Shown here in pieces: positions 49,448 through 63,300 of a DNA stretch of 64,000 nt. The stretch is from Marsupella aquatica (taxonomy: Eukaryota > Plantae > Marchantiophyta), in the NCBI GenBank assembly GCA_973895155.1, contig OZ316897.1, forward strand, positions 5,841,327 to 5,905,326, in the 5' to 3' direction. The notes under the pieces are model-generated. The model was not told the origin of the DNA, ran no database searches, and saw nothing but the letters and a program-made list of their open reading frames with translations. Numbering within the stretch: the first letter of the stretch is position 1; the number at the start of each line of letters is the position of its first letter. A program made the translations under genes and the position numbers.

Positions 49448-49826
49448 TGTTAAGAAAACCGTCACGAAACAACCACGAGCATAACCAACAAGCATGCACA
49501 CACCGACACCAAGAGATACGTGGTTCACCTTTGTCAAGACTACGTCCACGAGAACACACAAGAGCTTTGCTAAGCTTTGGCCATCATGTCCACACAAAGC
49601 CTCCTCGCACAAGCTCTCCTCCTAGCACCTCACTAGCTCCCTCAACAATGAGCATGAGTCTGAGTCTCCAAGAAGAGCTCTCCCTATCCCCTCTATATGC
49701 TAGATGCAATAGTCGTGGCTAATCACCATTAACACCGTAATGGCGGTTTAACCTAAGTAAGAAGAGGTTAACCCAAGACTAGGGTTAACCGTAACACAAG
49801 ATGATAAATTAAAGTGAATTTCAACA
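49448..49826 (-). mobile_element. Solo Copia-type LTR related to the 31481 family
   Basis: TGTT…AACA. Shares GATACGTGGTTCACCT and CTACGTCCACG.GAACACACAAGAGCTTT with the reverse complement of the Copia LTR. TSD is not clean. Confidence 0.7.
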
Positions 49827-50195
49827 AAGTTAGCTAGTTATTCAAGAAAATTTTACACTAAAAATGTATTTGGGAAAGAACAAAAAAGCATTGTTTTCTG
49901 TTGGATGGACAAGGGGGCTCGTTTTGTTAATCTGCCACTTTGATGGCATCATTTTGGCCTTCAACCATTGTAGTGGATTGCCGTTAATAGAGTCATCTGA
50001 GCTCATGTTGATGTGACAATTCAAAGAGATCAATTAATCTTCCTCTAAATGTTGCAAAGAGAAACCAAATCTCGACAATCTCCATGGCAATATTTGCACA
50101 ACATCTAATGAGGATCATCAATTTTTTGACACACCTTACAATCTCCACGGCAATACTTGCACAACATCTGATACACCTTTGACACATCTTGGGAA

Positions 50196-50660
50196 TATAC
50201 TATGTTACCATTGCCACTTCATAAACTAGGGATTGGTAGACTTCTCCAAAACCGTCGTCATACATATGTAAAACATATCCGAGTTACCCCAGTTTATCAT
50301 TTTTAATGCTCATTTATTCGCATTAACTTTTATGGTCTCCGAGCTTATACTATGTTACCATTACCACTTCATTGTGCTACCATAAACTAGGGATTGGTAG
50401 ACTTCTCAAGCTCCAAACAATGCTGTCAGCATCAAACTCGTCGTCATACATATGTGAAGCATATTCGGGTAACCCCAGCTTATAATTTTTTTATTCCTCA
50501 TTTATTTGCATTGACTTTTATGGTCCGGAGCTTATACTATGTGTTACCATTACCACTTCATTGTGCTACCATAAATTAGGGATTGGTAGACTTCTCCAGC
50601 TCCAAAACAGTGTTGTCCACATGGAACTCGCCGTCATACAAATGTGAAACATAGCCGAGT
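50196..50660. repeat. Tandem repeat ~150-190 bp, ~2.7 copies
   Basis: tatactatg(tg)ttaccatt…ataaaYtagggattggtagacttctc…cgtcataca repeated. Confidence 0.8.
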
Positions 50661-51330
50661 TGAATTGTCAACAAGTAAAACATGGAACGTACATATGTGA
50701 GACATATTGAGTTGGATTGTCAACAACTAAAACATGGAACCGCTTAACAACTAAAATATGGAACGCTTTGACCTATGATAGGTTATAGACAAGGGCGACC
50801 TTCTCAGTACTACTAGGCCTGCTGTCTATGTGGACGGTTGTCTTCAGATAACATCTATCAATCCCACTGATTGAATTCCCGAGAGCTGAGACACAATACT
50901 CCGGATTTATCTTTCATTGGTGTGTTTGTTGTTGCTACAACTTGGCATCGCCTGTCTCGGAGTGATCAACGACGGACCCGAGATTAATAGCTATCACTCC
51001 ACTAACAGGGTACCAAAGGTATTATACAAGAGAGTAAACTACAGGGGCATACTCTAACCTACAGCAAGAATTCAATGAACCTATTGACAAAAGTTTCTTG
51101 TCTCTACTATACAAGCAACATTTAACTACGGGAAAAAAAACGGCGAAAGGAATCAAAATCACAAATAAGTTGACACATTGCAGCTCCTCGAGAGGTTGTG
51201 CTAATGGAGGAATGTATCTGCCAAAGATATCTGGCTCCATGTGCTCATTCAAGAATTTTAACTGCAGGTCGGCAAATAATACCATATCAGGGCTAGTCTT
51301 TACTTAACGACGTCATTGACGCCATGCAAC

Positions 51331-53135
51331 TCAAAGAATATCTGAAAAATCGGACATCAAGTTCTCAGTGGTGATCTCTCGCGGCGGCCGCTTCAGCTCG
51401 TCCACCCAATCATAATTGTCGCCGTCATATTTGTCAAAGTTGTCGTCCTCCTGTTTATCAAAGTCTTGGTTGCCCACAGCGATCTGGTGGTGCTCCACAC
51501 CGAAAGAAAAATCTTTGGTATCATACACCTTGGCTCGGCGGGTGGATGGCAAACTGCTATGTCCATTCGATTGCAATCGTTCAGCGTCAAGGTTGTCTGC
51601 CGTGGACTGACGGACTGCTTGACGATGCCTGATAGCAAGAAACTTTGCTCTTTCAAATTCCGTACTAGCCTCCTTGTTATCAGGCTTCACATCGAAAACG
51701 GTCAAGACTAATAAACTTAGAGTCCATAACATACAATTAAGCAGAATTACTTTGCTACAATGAGAAATGTATAGCAAATTATCAACACAGGCAAATACAT
51801 AGTGCAGCCGGCGTCCTCCGAGCCCTGTTTTTTTTCAACGTACCCAGAAGCCAAAAAAGGACTTCGCATTAAACGATTCAAAAGTAATTTCTGTAACCGA
51901 TCAATCTATCTCCGCGCATTCATTACAAACAACTCTCAAACTCAAAAGGGTAGGCTAAAGGATATACCTCCAGCCACAAGGCTGTTTGCGCGCTCTCGAC
52001 TGCAAGAAAAGGCTCTCCGTAATTTAGTTGTGCCCTAGCAAGAGTTACCCATGCCTGCAGACGAAATCGCTCTTGCCATTCAGTAGAAAGACACCAACAA
52101 CTTCGAAAAAATTCCAGTTTGCTGTTGGGCAATTGAAAGACCAAACAATTAACAGCACCAATCATGTGACAATGTTAACACCAGCCTACCTCTGCCCAAG
52201 TCGGCTGCAACTCCGTGGCACCTGCAGCAGTAATATGGGTCTGTCAGCAGCACCACTCAAACCTTCGCTAGGGAGGCCGGAAATGACGCCCTTCTCAAGA
52301 AAACTTTACCACCATCGTGCTGCATTAGACCAGGTCAGGAACCACGTAAAGCAATGAGACTGGATTGATAGAATGAGAGCGTCAGGAACACACTTGTAGC
52401 AGCCTGCACAGCGCTCCAGGACCTTCCGATTTCAAGTAAAACCTGTGCCTTTTGCTCGTGTAAAATTGCCTTCATCGGCGTCAAATGTATCGCTGCCTCC
52501 CACTTTCCGAGTGCCTCTCCAAACCTTCCTTCCTGCGGTCACCACACACCGTGACCTAAACCTCTCAGTAACCTTCACTTTGACTTATTCTCTCGGTACG
52601 GCACACATATGAGTCGCCTGACTGACAGCGTATAGCCTACACGCCTCCTAGGTCATCCAGAGGCTCGGTATAAGGACCACCAAAACCAAAATTCTAAGGG
52701 AGAACTACAATCCATCGTCGTTTTTCACTAATTGCGTCCAAACTTCTCAGGCATTCAAAATTCAAAACCTAACAGCGTCTGTAAGGCAACAAAATGCGCA
52801 CGACAGACCTCTGCCAGAGAATTCCCCTCGTTGAGTAGTCGTTCAGACTGCTGCCAATGCTCCAAGTCATCCCTGGAGCCCACATATTGACACTGGCGCC
52901 CAGAGGTCTCTCTGGGCTTCTCTCTTTCAATTTCCATGGTATGACGCTCATCGACAACAACTGAAGATACAGGCATAGCGTTGGCCGCATCCACCTGGTC
53001 GTAGTCGGCCAATTGGAATGGAAGGCTCTTTGCAGGCAGAAGCGGACGAGTCTTCTTCTTGCTTTGCGGTTTCCACACCATCTGCATACGAATTCCCGGC
53101 TGGACATTATTCTTCTCCGTCACCATCGGGTCCAT
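51331..53135 (-). CDS. TTC33: Tetratricopeptide-repeat protein, TTC33-like. Predicted exons ~53135-52809, 52532-52394, 52221-52189, 52054-51969, 51684-51331
   Basis: MQMVWK…KKKTR, EGNSLAE|EGRFGEALGKWEAAIHLTP…HEQKAQVLLEIG…AVQAAT|ATELQPTWAE|AWVTLARAQLNYGEP with GT-AG junctions. The true start could be the downstream ATG near 53090. Confidence 0.82.
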
Positions 53136-55599
53136 TCTTTCGTTCCGTTCGCTCGTTACCTCACGCGACGAGCTTACAACAGCGTTCGGCTCGCAAAACC
53201 TAGGAGGAAGTCCAGCTTAGAGATTTGCCTGTGTCAAACTCAGTCAAACTCGGGCTCGAGGCCCAAGATTTACAATAATAATCTGCATCTTTATGGATAT
53301 CACTAGCTCAATGCCCGGGCCTTGGATCGAAGATGTCCAAAAAGATTGTTGATTGTTGAGGTAAAAAAAAGATGTAAACGAGAAAAAAAAAAGATCAAGA
53401 AAAGAAAAAATGTAGAGATGAACAAAAGATGTAGATGACAAAAGATGTGAAGGTGAACAATAGATGTTAAGGAAAGGAAAAGATGTCCACGAAAAGAAAA
53501 CATGTCTAGGAGAGAAAACATGTCCAATTGAGAAATAGATGTCCAAGTGAGGAAAAAACATGTGAAGGAGTGAAAAGTCATCAAGATGAGAAAAACATGT
53601 CAACATGAGACAAAGACTTCAAGGTGAAAGAAGAAGTTATATATGGAGGCAAAGATGATGAACACCAAAATATGTAAGATACTTAAATACAAATATGAGA
53701 ACATGTTGAAGAGATTGATACCCACACTCATGCAAACTTTATTCACTCTCAATAAAGACCCTCATCATATACAACATTTTTGGTCAATCTTGCATGACCC
53801 TCCTCAGAAGTAAAACTTTTAATATATACTTGTAAGAGATGTTGCTATTGAGAAAGGGCTAGGCAAGCCCTAAGGTGAGAGCTAGGGCATGAGTAATAAA
53901 GAGACATGGCAAGTCAAGTAGTGTGTTGTGCAACAGATAAACCAAACAAGCCCCATAATGGCTTCTCACTCCCATTGGTCTGATAATCTTCTCCCTTAGT
54001 GTGGAGAGGGCAGCAAAACAAAGGCAAGATGAGGGGGGGAAGGACATGAAAGGAATTCAAGAGAGAAATTTAATAGGATAATCAATAACTTGAGAGGTGG
54101 ATCCAATCCTGAAGAGAGACTGGCAAGTCTCAAGGGGGGCCAGGTAAATAATCGCCCTGCACCCTTCTAAAAAGAGAGAAAACTATCGATAAATGACAAA
54201 TTATTTCTTGGTGCTTGTTCCCTCTCCTTAGGGTTCTTCCAATAATGATTGAGTGGAGGTTGTACCTTGGATCGCTTTATACATGTAGTCATATATGTCC
54301 ATTAAATTGTATGTAGATATCATAGATTTTGCTTATTCATGTTATATACACAGTTCATAGGTTGCCTCAACTTTAGATGATCTCACAGTTCCCAAAAAAG
54401 CTAGAATAAAATGTAAAGGTTGGCATGAGTTCCCACCAAAATCTAGATTGTAAGCAGATGATGACTTCTTTGGAGGGATTGTATATTATAGATGTAGATT
54501 AAAGTTATCCCCAATGTGCATGCCTAAGGGAGACTGGTAGTGAACTTTAGTGCAAATTAATGGGTGAGTTAACCTAAATGAAACCTTTGAGTACTAGAGG
54601 GAGTGAAACCAGTTTTTTGTCCCTTCCAACAGTGTCAGGCCCTTCTCACTGCGGGTTAGAGCCAGGCCCAATGTTCTGCTCTTTTCCTGCCCAGGCCCGA
54701 CGTTTTACTCTTTCCCTGTCAGGCCCGTTTTCACTGCATCATTGCCCAAGCCCTCCATAGCTTTGAGCTGCTGAGCACTGCCCAGCTTCCTTGCCTCCAT
54801 TGCTCCATCCTTGCCTCCATCGCTGCTGCTCAGGCCCGACATTGCTGCAAGCTCAGGCCCTCCGGCCTCTTGAGCTGCTGAGAATAACCTGCGGGTTGCT
54901 TTGCTGCTTTGCTGCGAGCGGTTTCCCAGATCAAGCTGCCACTAAGGTTTCCAGCAAAAACAAACTAGAGACAGTTGATTATGTCCACCTAGCATATCTA
55001 GGTGCAACTTATAATGTGTATTTTGAGATTTATAGCACTAAGATGGGTCAGAAAGGAAGGAAGGTCAGTCAACTTATCCCAGGCAAGTGTGGACTGATTT
55101 GTATGCCTTTTACAAAGCTGAGTATCCACATTCAAAATTTGCACCAGAGTCACTAAAGGACCGTCTTTGAGATACACTGAAGGATATACAAACTGGCACC
55201 TCCAATTGGTATAAGTGAGAAGGTTTCGATGCAAAGTGCTACTCTCTTGAAAAAAATCATGAAGACTGACCGGCATGCATCAAGGAATCTACTAGGAACC
55301 AGGAAGATTTTGATGACAGGGAACACTCAACTAATGTTTTGCCTCCCTTGGCTACTCCAATTGGTTCTGGTGGTACTGAATGTGTGAACCCAGGGAGCCC
55401 ACACACCCCTGCAAAAAATAGAGAACACACCTCTGCTACTCCAACAATAGTCAAGGGGAAGGCCACAAAAACAAGGAGTCTGAATTCACAAGCTTCTTCT
55501 CTAGCATCCTTGGCTTGCGAAATGAAGGAGGGCAGGAAAAAAAGAGAATTGTTACTGGATGCAAAGTTGGTCACGCAAGCTATAGTAGATTTTTTTAAT

Positions 55600-57000
55600 T
55601 TTTAATTTTGGATGGAACGAGATGGAGCCCATGAAACTTTATTACCATGAACCAAAACATAACAAACCGCCTGGAGGGGGAAGGCAGCAGAAAAAAACGA
55701 ATTAAGGGGGCTGAGAGGGGGAGCGCACCCATATAGAAAGGGGAGAGGGCAAAACAGTCCTGTCTGCCTGGGGAAAGGGAGGCAGGGAGAGGGGACTGAT
55801 TGCCCTGTAGATGAAAAACCTAAAGTGACCATTGGAGTCGCAAAAGTGCATATACTAACTGGATAGATCCTTGGCTGCACAAAACCGGAGACGACCCTAG
55901 AACCTGTTCCAAAGATGGCCAAGACCATACCCTGCTGGTCACCAAATCCATACTCTACTAGTCCCCAAAACACTCTACATGAATGCCGCCACTACATCAA
56001 GGTCTGTCGCGACTAGACAGAGAGTTGCTGCAATCTCCCCACATAGCCAACAGACTTGCCAAAGCCGGAACAAAGCAAGGAGGAATAATCATGTGTCAAA
56101 GAAGGTAACCCTGGTGCGCGATGATGAGCAAATCGGCATAATCAAATCGTCAAATACACCTTTCAGCCAAAACCCCGCACTTGCCTGCAAATCATGATAA
56201 GGCTGCCAGAACGCTCCCGCAGCAATGCTAGATCATAGTCAAAAGAGACGCTACGAATCCTCCAACAAAAGCCATAAACCTAGGACCATCCCCACAGTGT
56301 GATGGGGACACCGGGAATCTGCCAATCAACGTCAGCAACCGAAAACCTGCTCAAAAGATGAGGGGAACACCAGGATGATCTCATCATATGTCTGAAACCA
56401 AAATCCTTCCCAACTGCTTGGATGGAGAGTAACCGGAGTTCAAATCCCAAACCAAAATCTGAACCTGATGCCTCAGGCCTCAACGAACCGAGGGTCCCAA
56501 GAAAAGGACAGAGGTCTATATCCTCACCGCTCACATGGGGTTTCCCAGCCTCAGCCGAGAGTATAAATTAACCAGATAATTCAGTAGGCCTGACTAGAAG
56601 GGGGAACCTGATAATCTGATGTGCTCCATCCACAAGAAAGATTCATCGCGAGGAAAATGGCGCAGTTCTCCATATCTCATAGATCCATCATCTCCAACTT
56701 CCCACAAACGATAGGACGGCCAGCAAGGTAAAAGTGGCAACCATCCCCAGAACAGATCCTGAGAAGAAACCAGTCTATATGCTACAAGGAAGAACCCTAG
56801 AGAACGCACTAGGAAACACTATCTGGAGGAGCAATCATCAGAACTAATTAGGATGATGCAACCTCCCAGACTCCGGGAGGAGAGCCTGAGAGACAATAAT
56901 TATTCTAAATTCTACTTGTGTGCAACTATGAATGATAACAGGCTTTCGAGCCTGTGCGGAGAAAAGAGCCGGAGCCACGTGCCAACAGAAGAAGAGCCTA
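55600..57000 (-). mobile_element. Highly degenerate LINE 3' remnant
   Basis: A-tail near 55590-55610 and W-rich ORF2 C-terminal-like fragments. Boundaries are approximate. Confidence 0.45.
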
Positions 57001-57129
57001 AGCCATATTCAAATCAATATGAGAGAGTCAACCCGAAGAGGGGAAAACCCCATACTCCCCAGTACCCATAAGGTTGAACCAGAATGAGAGAGAAGACCCG
57101 CAGAGTGGAAAGCCCCGAACTCCATAGAA

Positions 57130-60100
57130 CCCAAATATTATGAAAACTACAGATAGGTGCTTACGCCAAAGCTAGAGAAGAGGTGGCTCGACACCATAGA
57201 GATCTATAAGGATGCAAAAAGAAACTGATGTTCCAAAACACTGGCAACGAGACAACAGAAGTGAGTGGAAATAAGAACCGTAGAGAGCAGAGATCTGGAT
57301 CAGCTCACACAAACATGTGCTGATAGGAGTTGGGAAACATGATACGTAGAATGCGGGACTATGGACCACAAAGGAGGAAAAGCCTAGAGAAGACTAGATA
57401 TAGATATTTTGTTGAGCTGGAGAGCCAGGTGGGGAGGGACGAAGGAGTGAAACATAGGAGGGGGCTGCCCCAAGATCAGATGAGAGAGGAACAAAGTATG
57501 ATAGAAGAGGTGGGAGACCATCCAAGGAGGAGAGAGGTCCAACTAAAAATGTTATCTCCGGGAGCAGAGAGCAAGGGGGCAAGAGATGTATTTTGCTGCA
57601 TAGTGTAGCCTCTGTTTCTTCTTATCAGAGGAGGAGCAAAGAGCGACCGATCAAAGGTGAAAAACGGCAGAGGAGGCAGCAACAAAGGGGGAGAAAACCA
57701 CAGTCTGGCCTTGAAACAAGCGAAGATTCCGGTTTTTCCAGATAGACCATAGGGTTTTGTATATTACAAATAATCTAGCAGATAAACAAGGAGAACGGCC
57801 AAGAGCCAGGTCAAGAGTGTTGAGGAAGGAAGTTCCTCCTGGAAGGTGAGACAATGCTGGGACCCGCTCATAGAACCATGCGGTACGGTTCCAAGCTGCT
57901 GTAGAATTAGAGCAGGAGAAAAGTAGGTGTCGGCTATCTTCAATGTGATTTGTGCAAAAAAGGTAGAGGCCATCTCCTTGCCCACATTGGAGAGCTCTCC
58001 TGCCTGTAAAAAGACCTGCAACAATAACCCTCCAGATAAATATTTTCCCTCTATGGGATAAGTCAGAACGCCAGATCCTTCGCTATCTTCTCTGCCATAC
58101 AACCAAAGAATCAGATGCTTCCCACCGAGAGTTAAGTGATGCATAATCACAGGCAGAGTCATCTAGAAAGGAGTATGCTGAAGAGCTACTCAATTGACAA
58201 GGGACCCGAAGAGATTTAATTCCCTGCCAGAACCATTGCGATGCATTGAAAGAGTAAGAGAGAGAGGGTGAAGGACCATTTTGAAGTATCTGAATAGTGA
58301 TCCCGAGAAGATCCCGGTACATGGGGCTCAATCCACGGAATCTGGTGATTTGTATCGAATAGTCAACCCAACCATTAGAGATCCAATCCCAAAGGTCATG
58401 TGCATAGCGGATATTGAGACGTTTGCAGGCCAATGTAATGAATGGAAGAGAGGTGAGTGGGAAGCCATTAAAATGGAAGATCAACATTCAGAGGTCCTCT
58501 ATATTCCACCTAGCCGGAAGGGCAGTGGGACCCGCACTCCACAGAAGCTTACCCCAAATCTTGACCCAGGCCGACCATATACTTGTTGTGTAACTCATGC
58601 CACGAAAAGCTGATGGGAAGGAGAACAAGAATCGGTCCATAATTGAGTAGCTTGAGTTCCTCAAATTAATTGAATCTTTCCATGCTGCAAGCCGTAGGTT
58701 CTCGGAGAAAAGGATGGCCCACTCAGAGAGGCTTGGAGCCTATTATTCTTAAAGCCAAGGCCTCCATCTTGCTTCTTTCCGCTCATACGATCCCAAGAGA
58801 CCAGGGGGGTCTTCCTTCCACCATCCTTGTTGAATCCCCATAGGAAGTCCTTACATATTTTTTGTATCTTATCTGATAGACTCCCAGCCAATTGGCCTCA
58901 TTCACAATTGGAGGACCCAAAAGGAACGTCACACTCAAAAATGACCATAGTTTATTATGTTTTAGGATATCATTTGTAGGGTGTAATGAGATGATATAGA
59001 AAATTTGATGTACTATACTTAATAAACATCCTGTAGGTTGGTAACATTCATTAAACTATCTAGCATTTGAGACTTTGAAGCTTTCCTTATATGTCCTTCA
59101 AAGATTGATAAAAGGACTTGTCACGCAACGGGTCACATCCTTTCAGGACTCAGAAGGACTCTAAAAAATGCATTTTAGACAATGAAATTTTACCAAAGCA
59201 TGAATACCAATAGAATAATCTTATATTTCAAAACTCAAATATTGACACACACTAAACCTTTATGTACAGGACAAAAATAATCAGTAATTTTGGCTTATTT
59301 AGGGCCATCAATAATAGGATCCCTTAAAACAGTTGAAAACTTGATTTATCTACATGGTGAGGTAGGTAACACCATGTAAAATAGTCTTGTGAAAAAATTA
59401 GACTTATATGTCTTGAGATAAAATCATGATGGTGCTTTTTCCATGTTACAAAAGTCATTTTTCACTAAAAAAACATGTTTTTGAGTCCTGAAAGTGGTTC
59501 CTGCGAGGTACACCCAATTGTGAATGAGGCCAATTGGGTGTACATCATGTGATATACGGTCATGGATAGGAGGACCTGCTTTATCAGAAGGACTCTACCT
59601 GTGAAAGAGAAGCTCTTATCAGACCAACTAGCCAGACGACAGTTGAGTTTTTTTAGGCAAAAATCCTGAAACTGAAGTTTAGTCAGATTGTGTCCGATAA
59701 GAGCACCCAGATAGCTAGTCGATTGACCCTATGGAATAATAATACAATTAGAGTTTTCGAGCCATGTTGGGAGGAATTCCAAGCAATAGGGAATGATCTC
59801 CGTTTTCTCCAAATTTAGGCAAGCTCCTGCAGCCAATTCATATTGATCCATTATGGTTTGAATTTCCAGAAAGCATGATTCCCTAGCTGGGGTAAGAATC
59901 CCTAGGTCGTCTGCAAAGAAATGGTGAAATAATGTGAGCTGATCATTAATTTTTATACCGTGTACTTAATTCTCCCTCCCGCAGTGCTGCATCAAATACA
60001 TCCATAAGAGGCTGAGTTGAAAGTGCATAGATTAGCGGGGCGAGAGGACAGCCTTGGCAAACACCACACATGAGCAGAATCGGTTCAGTAAACTGTCCGT

Positions 60101-60318
60101 TTACATGTACCTTGGCTGAGGCATTGTACATGAGACCCATAATGATCATGATGTGCTGGGCACTCAGGCCCGAAGTCAACAACGTGTCCCTTATGTATCT
60201 GTGGTCTACCCTATCAAAGGCTTTAGAGAAATCCATGTTTATAAAGAGAGCCGGTACATTGTTAGTAGTGAGCCAATCAGATGCTAGCCATGTTATCAAA
60301 ACGATGTCCAGAATTTGT
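57130..60318 (-). mobile_element. Degenerate L1-clade LINE ORF2 (RT to C-terminus)
   Basis: MDFSKAFDRV, GVCQGCPLAPLIY, FADD, CKDFLWG…LVSWD…DGGLGF, YKTLWSIWKNRN. Interrupted at 60318 by the family B LTR. Confidence 0.88.
58894..59531. mobile_element. Non-autonomous DNA transposon with 4-bp AATT TSD (Sola1-like)
   Basis: Perfect 18-bp TIR GGCCTCATTCACAATTGG and duplicated AATT. Removing it restores MYTQL-AGSL. Confidence 0.8.
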
Positions 60319-63300
60319 TGTGACGCTGCCGGTACGGTGGGTAATGAGTGATTTGGCCTAACAATGCTTAGCACGTGCATTAGGGGTATCTTAGGCCATA
60401 ATTACTAGCATAACGATAGTATTTAGGTAGCCATTATGAGTAGGAAATCATTAGTCAATAAGGGGCGTTCGTGTTTGGGCTGGCGGCGGGTCGCCATTCG
60501 CACGCCCGGGTTGCGAGCATGTAATGGGCCCTCACCTTTCCCCCTCGGGTCCGTATAACAAACTTTGGGAGGCGGCCACTGACACGAGCAGACCCGGACT
60601 GGCGGAGTGGCCGGTACACTGCAAGCGTGAAAGGCTCGGCCTATAAGCGACAAGGAGGCGTCGGGCGATCGATGAGCTTTCAGGGTATAAAAAGGGGGCC
60701 GATCCGTTGTAGTGCACCAGTTCTTCAGTCCACGAGCCAGCTTCGACCCCAATTCTCTCGCTTATCCTTAGTCGCCTTCTATCTCCTCTGAATGTCGCAC
60801 ACACTCCTTTCCAGTTCGGCCATACAATTCTGGACGCAGTTCCTGTCTATCGGAGGGCACTTGGCCGACTCATTGAAACACGCCAACCCGCATCGATACA
60901 AAATCGAACGCGAATACGAGAGAGCCATCCGCCTGCAGGCCGCCACCACTATCTCCTTAACTTTGATTACCCGTCCCAGAGCAAGCTTTACCAAACCCGA
61001 AGAGATATCAGGGTACTTCTTCGATGGAGGCAAATATATCGGCTTCTGGGAGGCACTGCTTTGGCTTCCGGACGAGGTCTTCAATATCCCGGGCATGATT
61101 GAGTTACAATGGCACCACTTTGACCACATCCCCGCTCAGGTCCGGGACATCATCAACAGCGAGTCCAGCACTACCCAGTCTACAAGGGCGTCTACACTTG
61201 CTTCAGAAAACCTCTACTGGCACCTACAGAATTTCATGGCAACCGTACCATCGACCACCGGTGCCAGCCCAGCCGTGCCCGCACCAGCACCAGCTCAGGC
61301 TCAGGCTCAGGCTCAGCCTAGCCAAACCCTGCCACCAGTCACCCCGCCCATACAGGTGAGATCCATCGTCAACGCCGTAGATCTCAGCGATGACGAAGAG
61401 GCTACGTTACCCCTGTTCAGGCGACCCAGAGGAGCGAGCACTCAGGGAGTTGGGACTACATCGCCCCCTCCCAGGCCCAGACTCGAGTAGCAACTCCAGC
61501 GGATAACACGGTGACCGTAGCCGCCCCGGCCCCAATACTAACGGCGATAGCACTACCTACCCGATCAAGAAGATGGGGAGGTGTCACCCTTCCCGAGCCA
61601 GTCTCGAGGAAAGAAGAGGAAGGAACCCGTAGCCGTATCCGAGTTACCCATGGCCACGGTAGCCGCAGCCAAGGTGACAATGCACCGCATGGGGGAGAAC
61701 GTGCATAAGAACATCCTCCACCCCAAACATGCAGTGTACTTGAAGACTCAGGGGTTCGAGCACCTCGCCTCTCTACCCTGGAACACCTGCAGGTACTACG
61801 GGGAGGACATGACGGAGTTCGTCAAGAATTATGACGATGTCTGTCAGCATACTCGGGTGCGGGGGAGGAATATGTCCATCATAGAAGAGCGGCTCAGGAT
61901 GATCTTCGGGCTACCCAAGGGTGATCACCGGGTTGAATCACTGGCTCCCGGAGCCAAAGGAGCCAAGTACCAATCCTCGAGTTTTCCCTCCGAGGGGTCA
62001 ATGGACAACGGGTTCGTGATGAGGACCTGCCTCATCCCCAAAATAGCCAAGCGGCTGGAGTTCCAGAGGTACGCCCTCCACATGATGGAACCCCGGGGTG
62101 AGATCTCCGCTGCCCAGGTTATCCAGGTCGAGAACTATCGACCTAGGAAGTGGGCGTCGTACTTTGCTAAGAAGTTCCATGAAGAGATGGAGCGGTGAAG
62201 GAAGGCGCTATACATCGGCGGGAAGACATATTTCATGAGCCACATCGAGATCATTCTTGAGTGGTACACCCGGTTTGATCGACGAACCTTTCCTTGGGTC
62301 AACGTAACTAAGTTGGTCCCAGCTAGGTGGGTCTTCTTGGCCCTGGACAGACGGCCTCAACCCAAGGCCCAAAGTCTGGCGGCCACGCAAGCCTCACCCA
62401 CCCCACCTCCACAAGTAGCCGTAGCTGTAGCCGTGGCCAAAGTGGTACTAGACGAGGCAGTAATCGCGACCTTAGACACAATCAACCAGGCTGGGCCGAG
62501 AGCAGAAGTCAAAGCGGTAGAAGACTTGGCTGGGCCCAAGGGTCCAGAAGACCCACTGGTGGCTATTCCGGAGGACAGGACGATGATGGAGGAAGACACT
62601 CCAGCCCCTTCCAACCCTACATCCCCGGGGCTGAATGTCACTACCCCGGCCCCCGCACGAGTTAACGTCTGCCCGTGCCCAAATCCGGACAGGCACAAAC
62701 TGGACCACCCAAAACTCTTCGTACCGGGTACATTTATGAACAGGCTTTTGGGAGATTTCTCCCAACAGATTGCCCGGGATACCGGGGAGTTCATGGCTCG
62801 GAAGGTAGCCTACTTCTTCAATCAGGAGTTGGTTACCGCAATAAAGGCAGGTTGGGCCGAGTCGGAGGCCTCTCAGAGGATAGAGCGGTACCGGGTTGAG
62901 TCCGTGTACCTAAAGGATGAAGTTGCGGCTCAAGAGGCTGAGCTTTTGCAACTACAACCCAAGGTTGCAGCCGTCGATGAGTTGTTAGCAAATGCGCACG
63001 CCCTTATTGCCCTAGCCGAACAGACCAAAGCTGGGAAGGAGGCCAAGATTGCACGGCTCCGGACCCAGGTTGACAGTTTGAAGAACCAAACTGTCATCTG
63101 GCAGAAAGACCTGGAGGAGGCCGAAGAGCGGGCCCAACATGACACTGCGGAGATAGCCACCCTGCAGGCCGAGGTAGCGCGGCTTCAAACCAAAGCCGAG
63201 AAGTAGAGCCAGATGGTGGACAAGCTGACGAGCAACGCCCAGCAGCTAGAAGAGGCATGCCAGGAGGCAGTTGAGGAGACGGACGTGGTGAAGCGAGAGA

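Noticed and set aside
48688-50660. CRISPR-like array
   Set aside because: Whole units are repeated with no unique spacers, the context is eukaryotic, and there are no cas genes.
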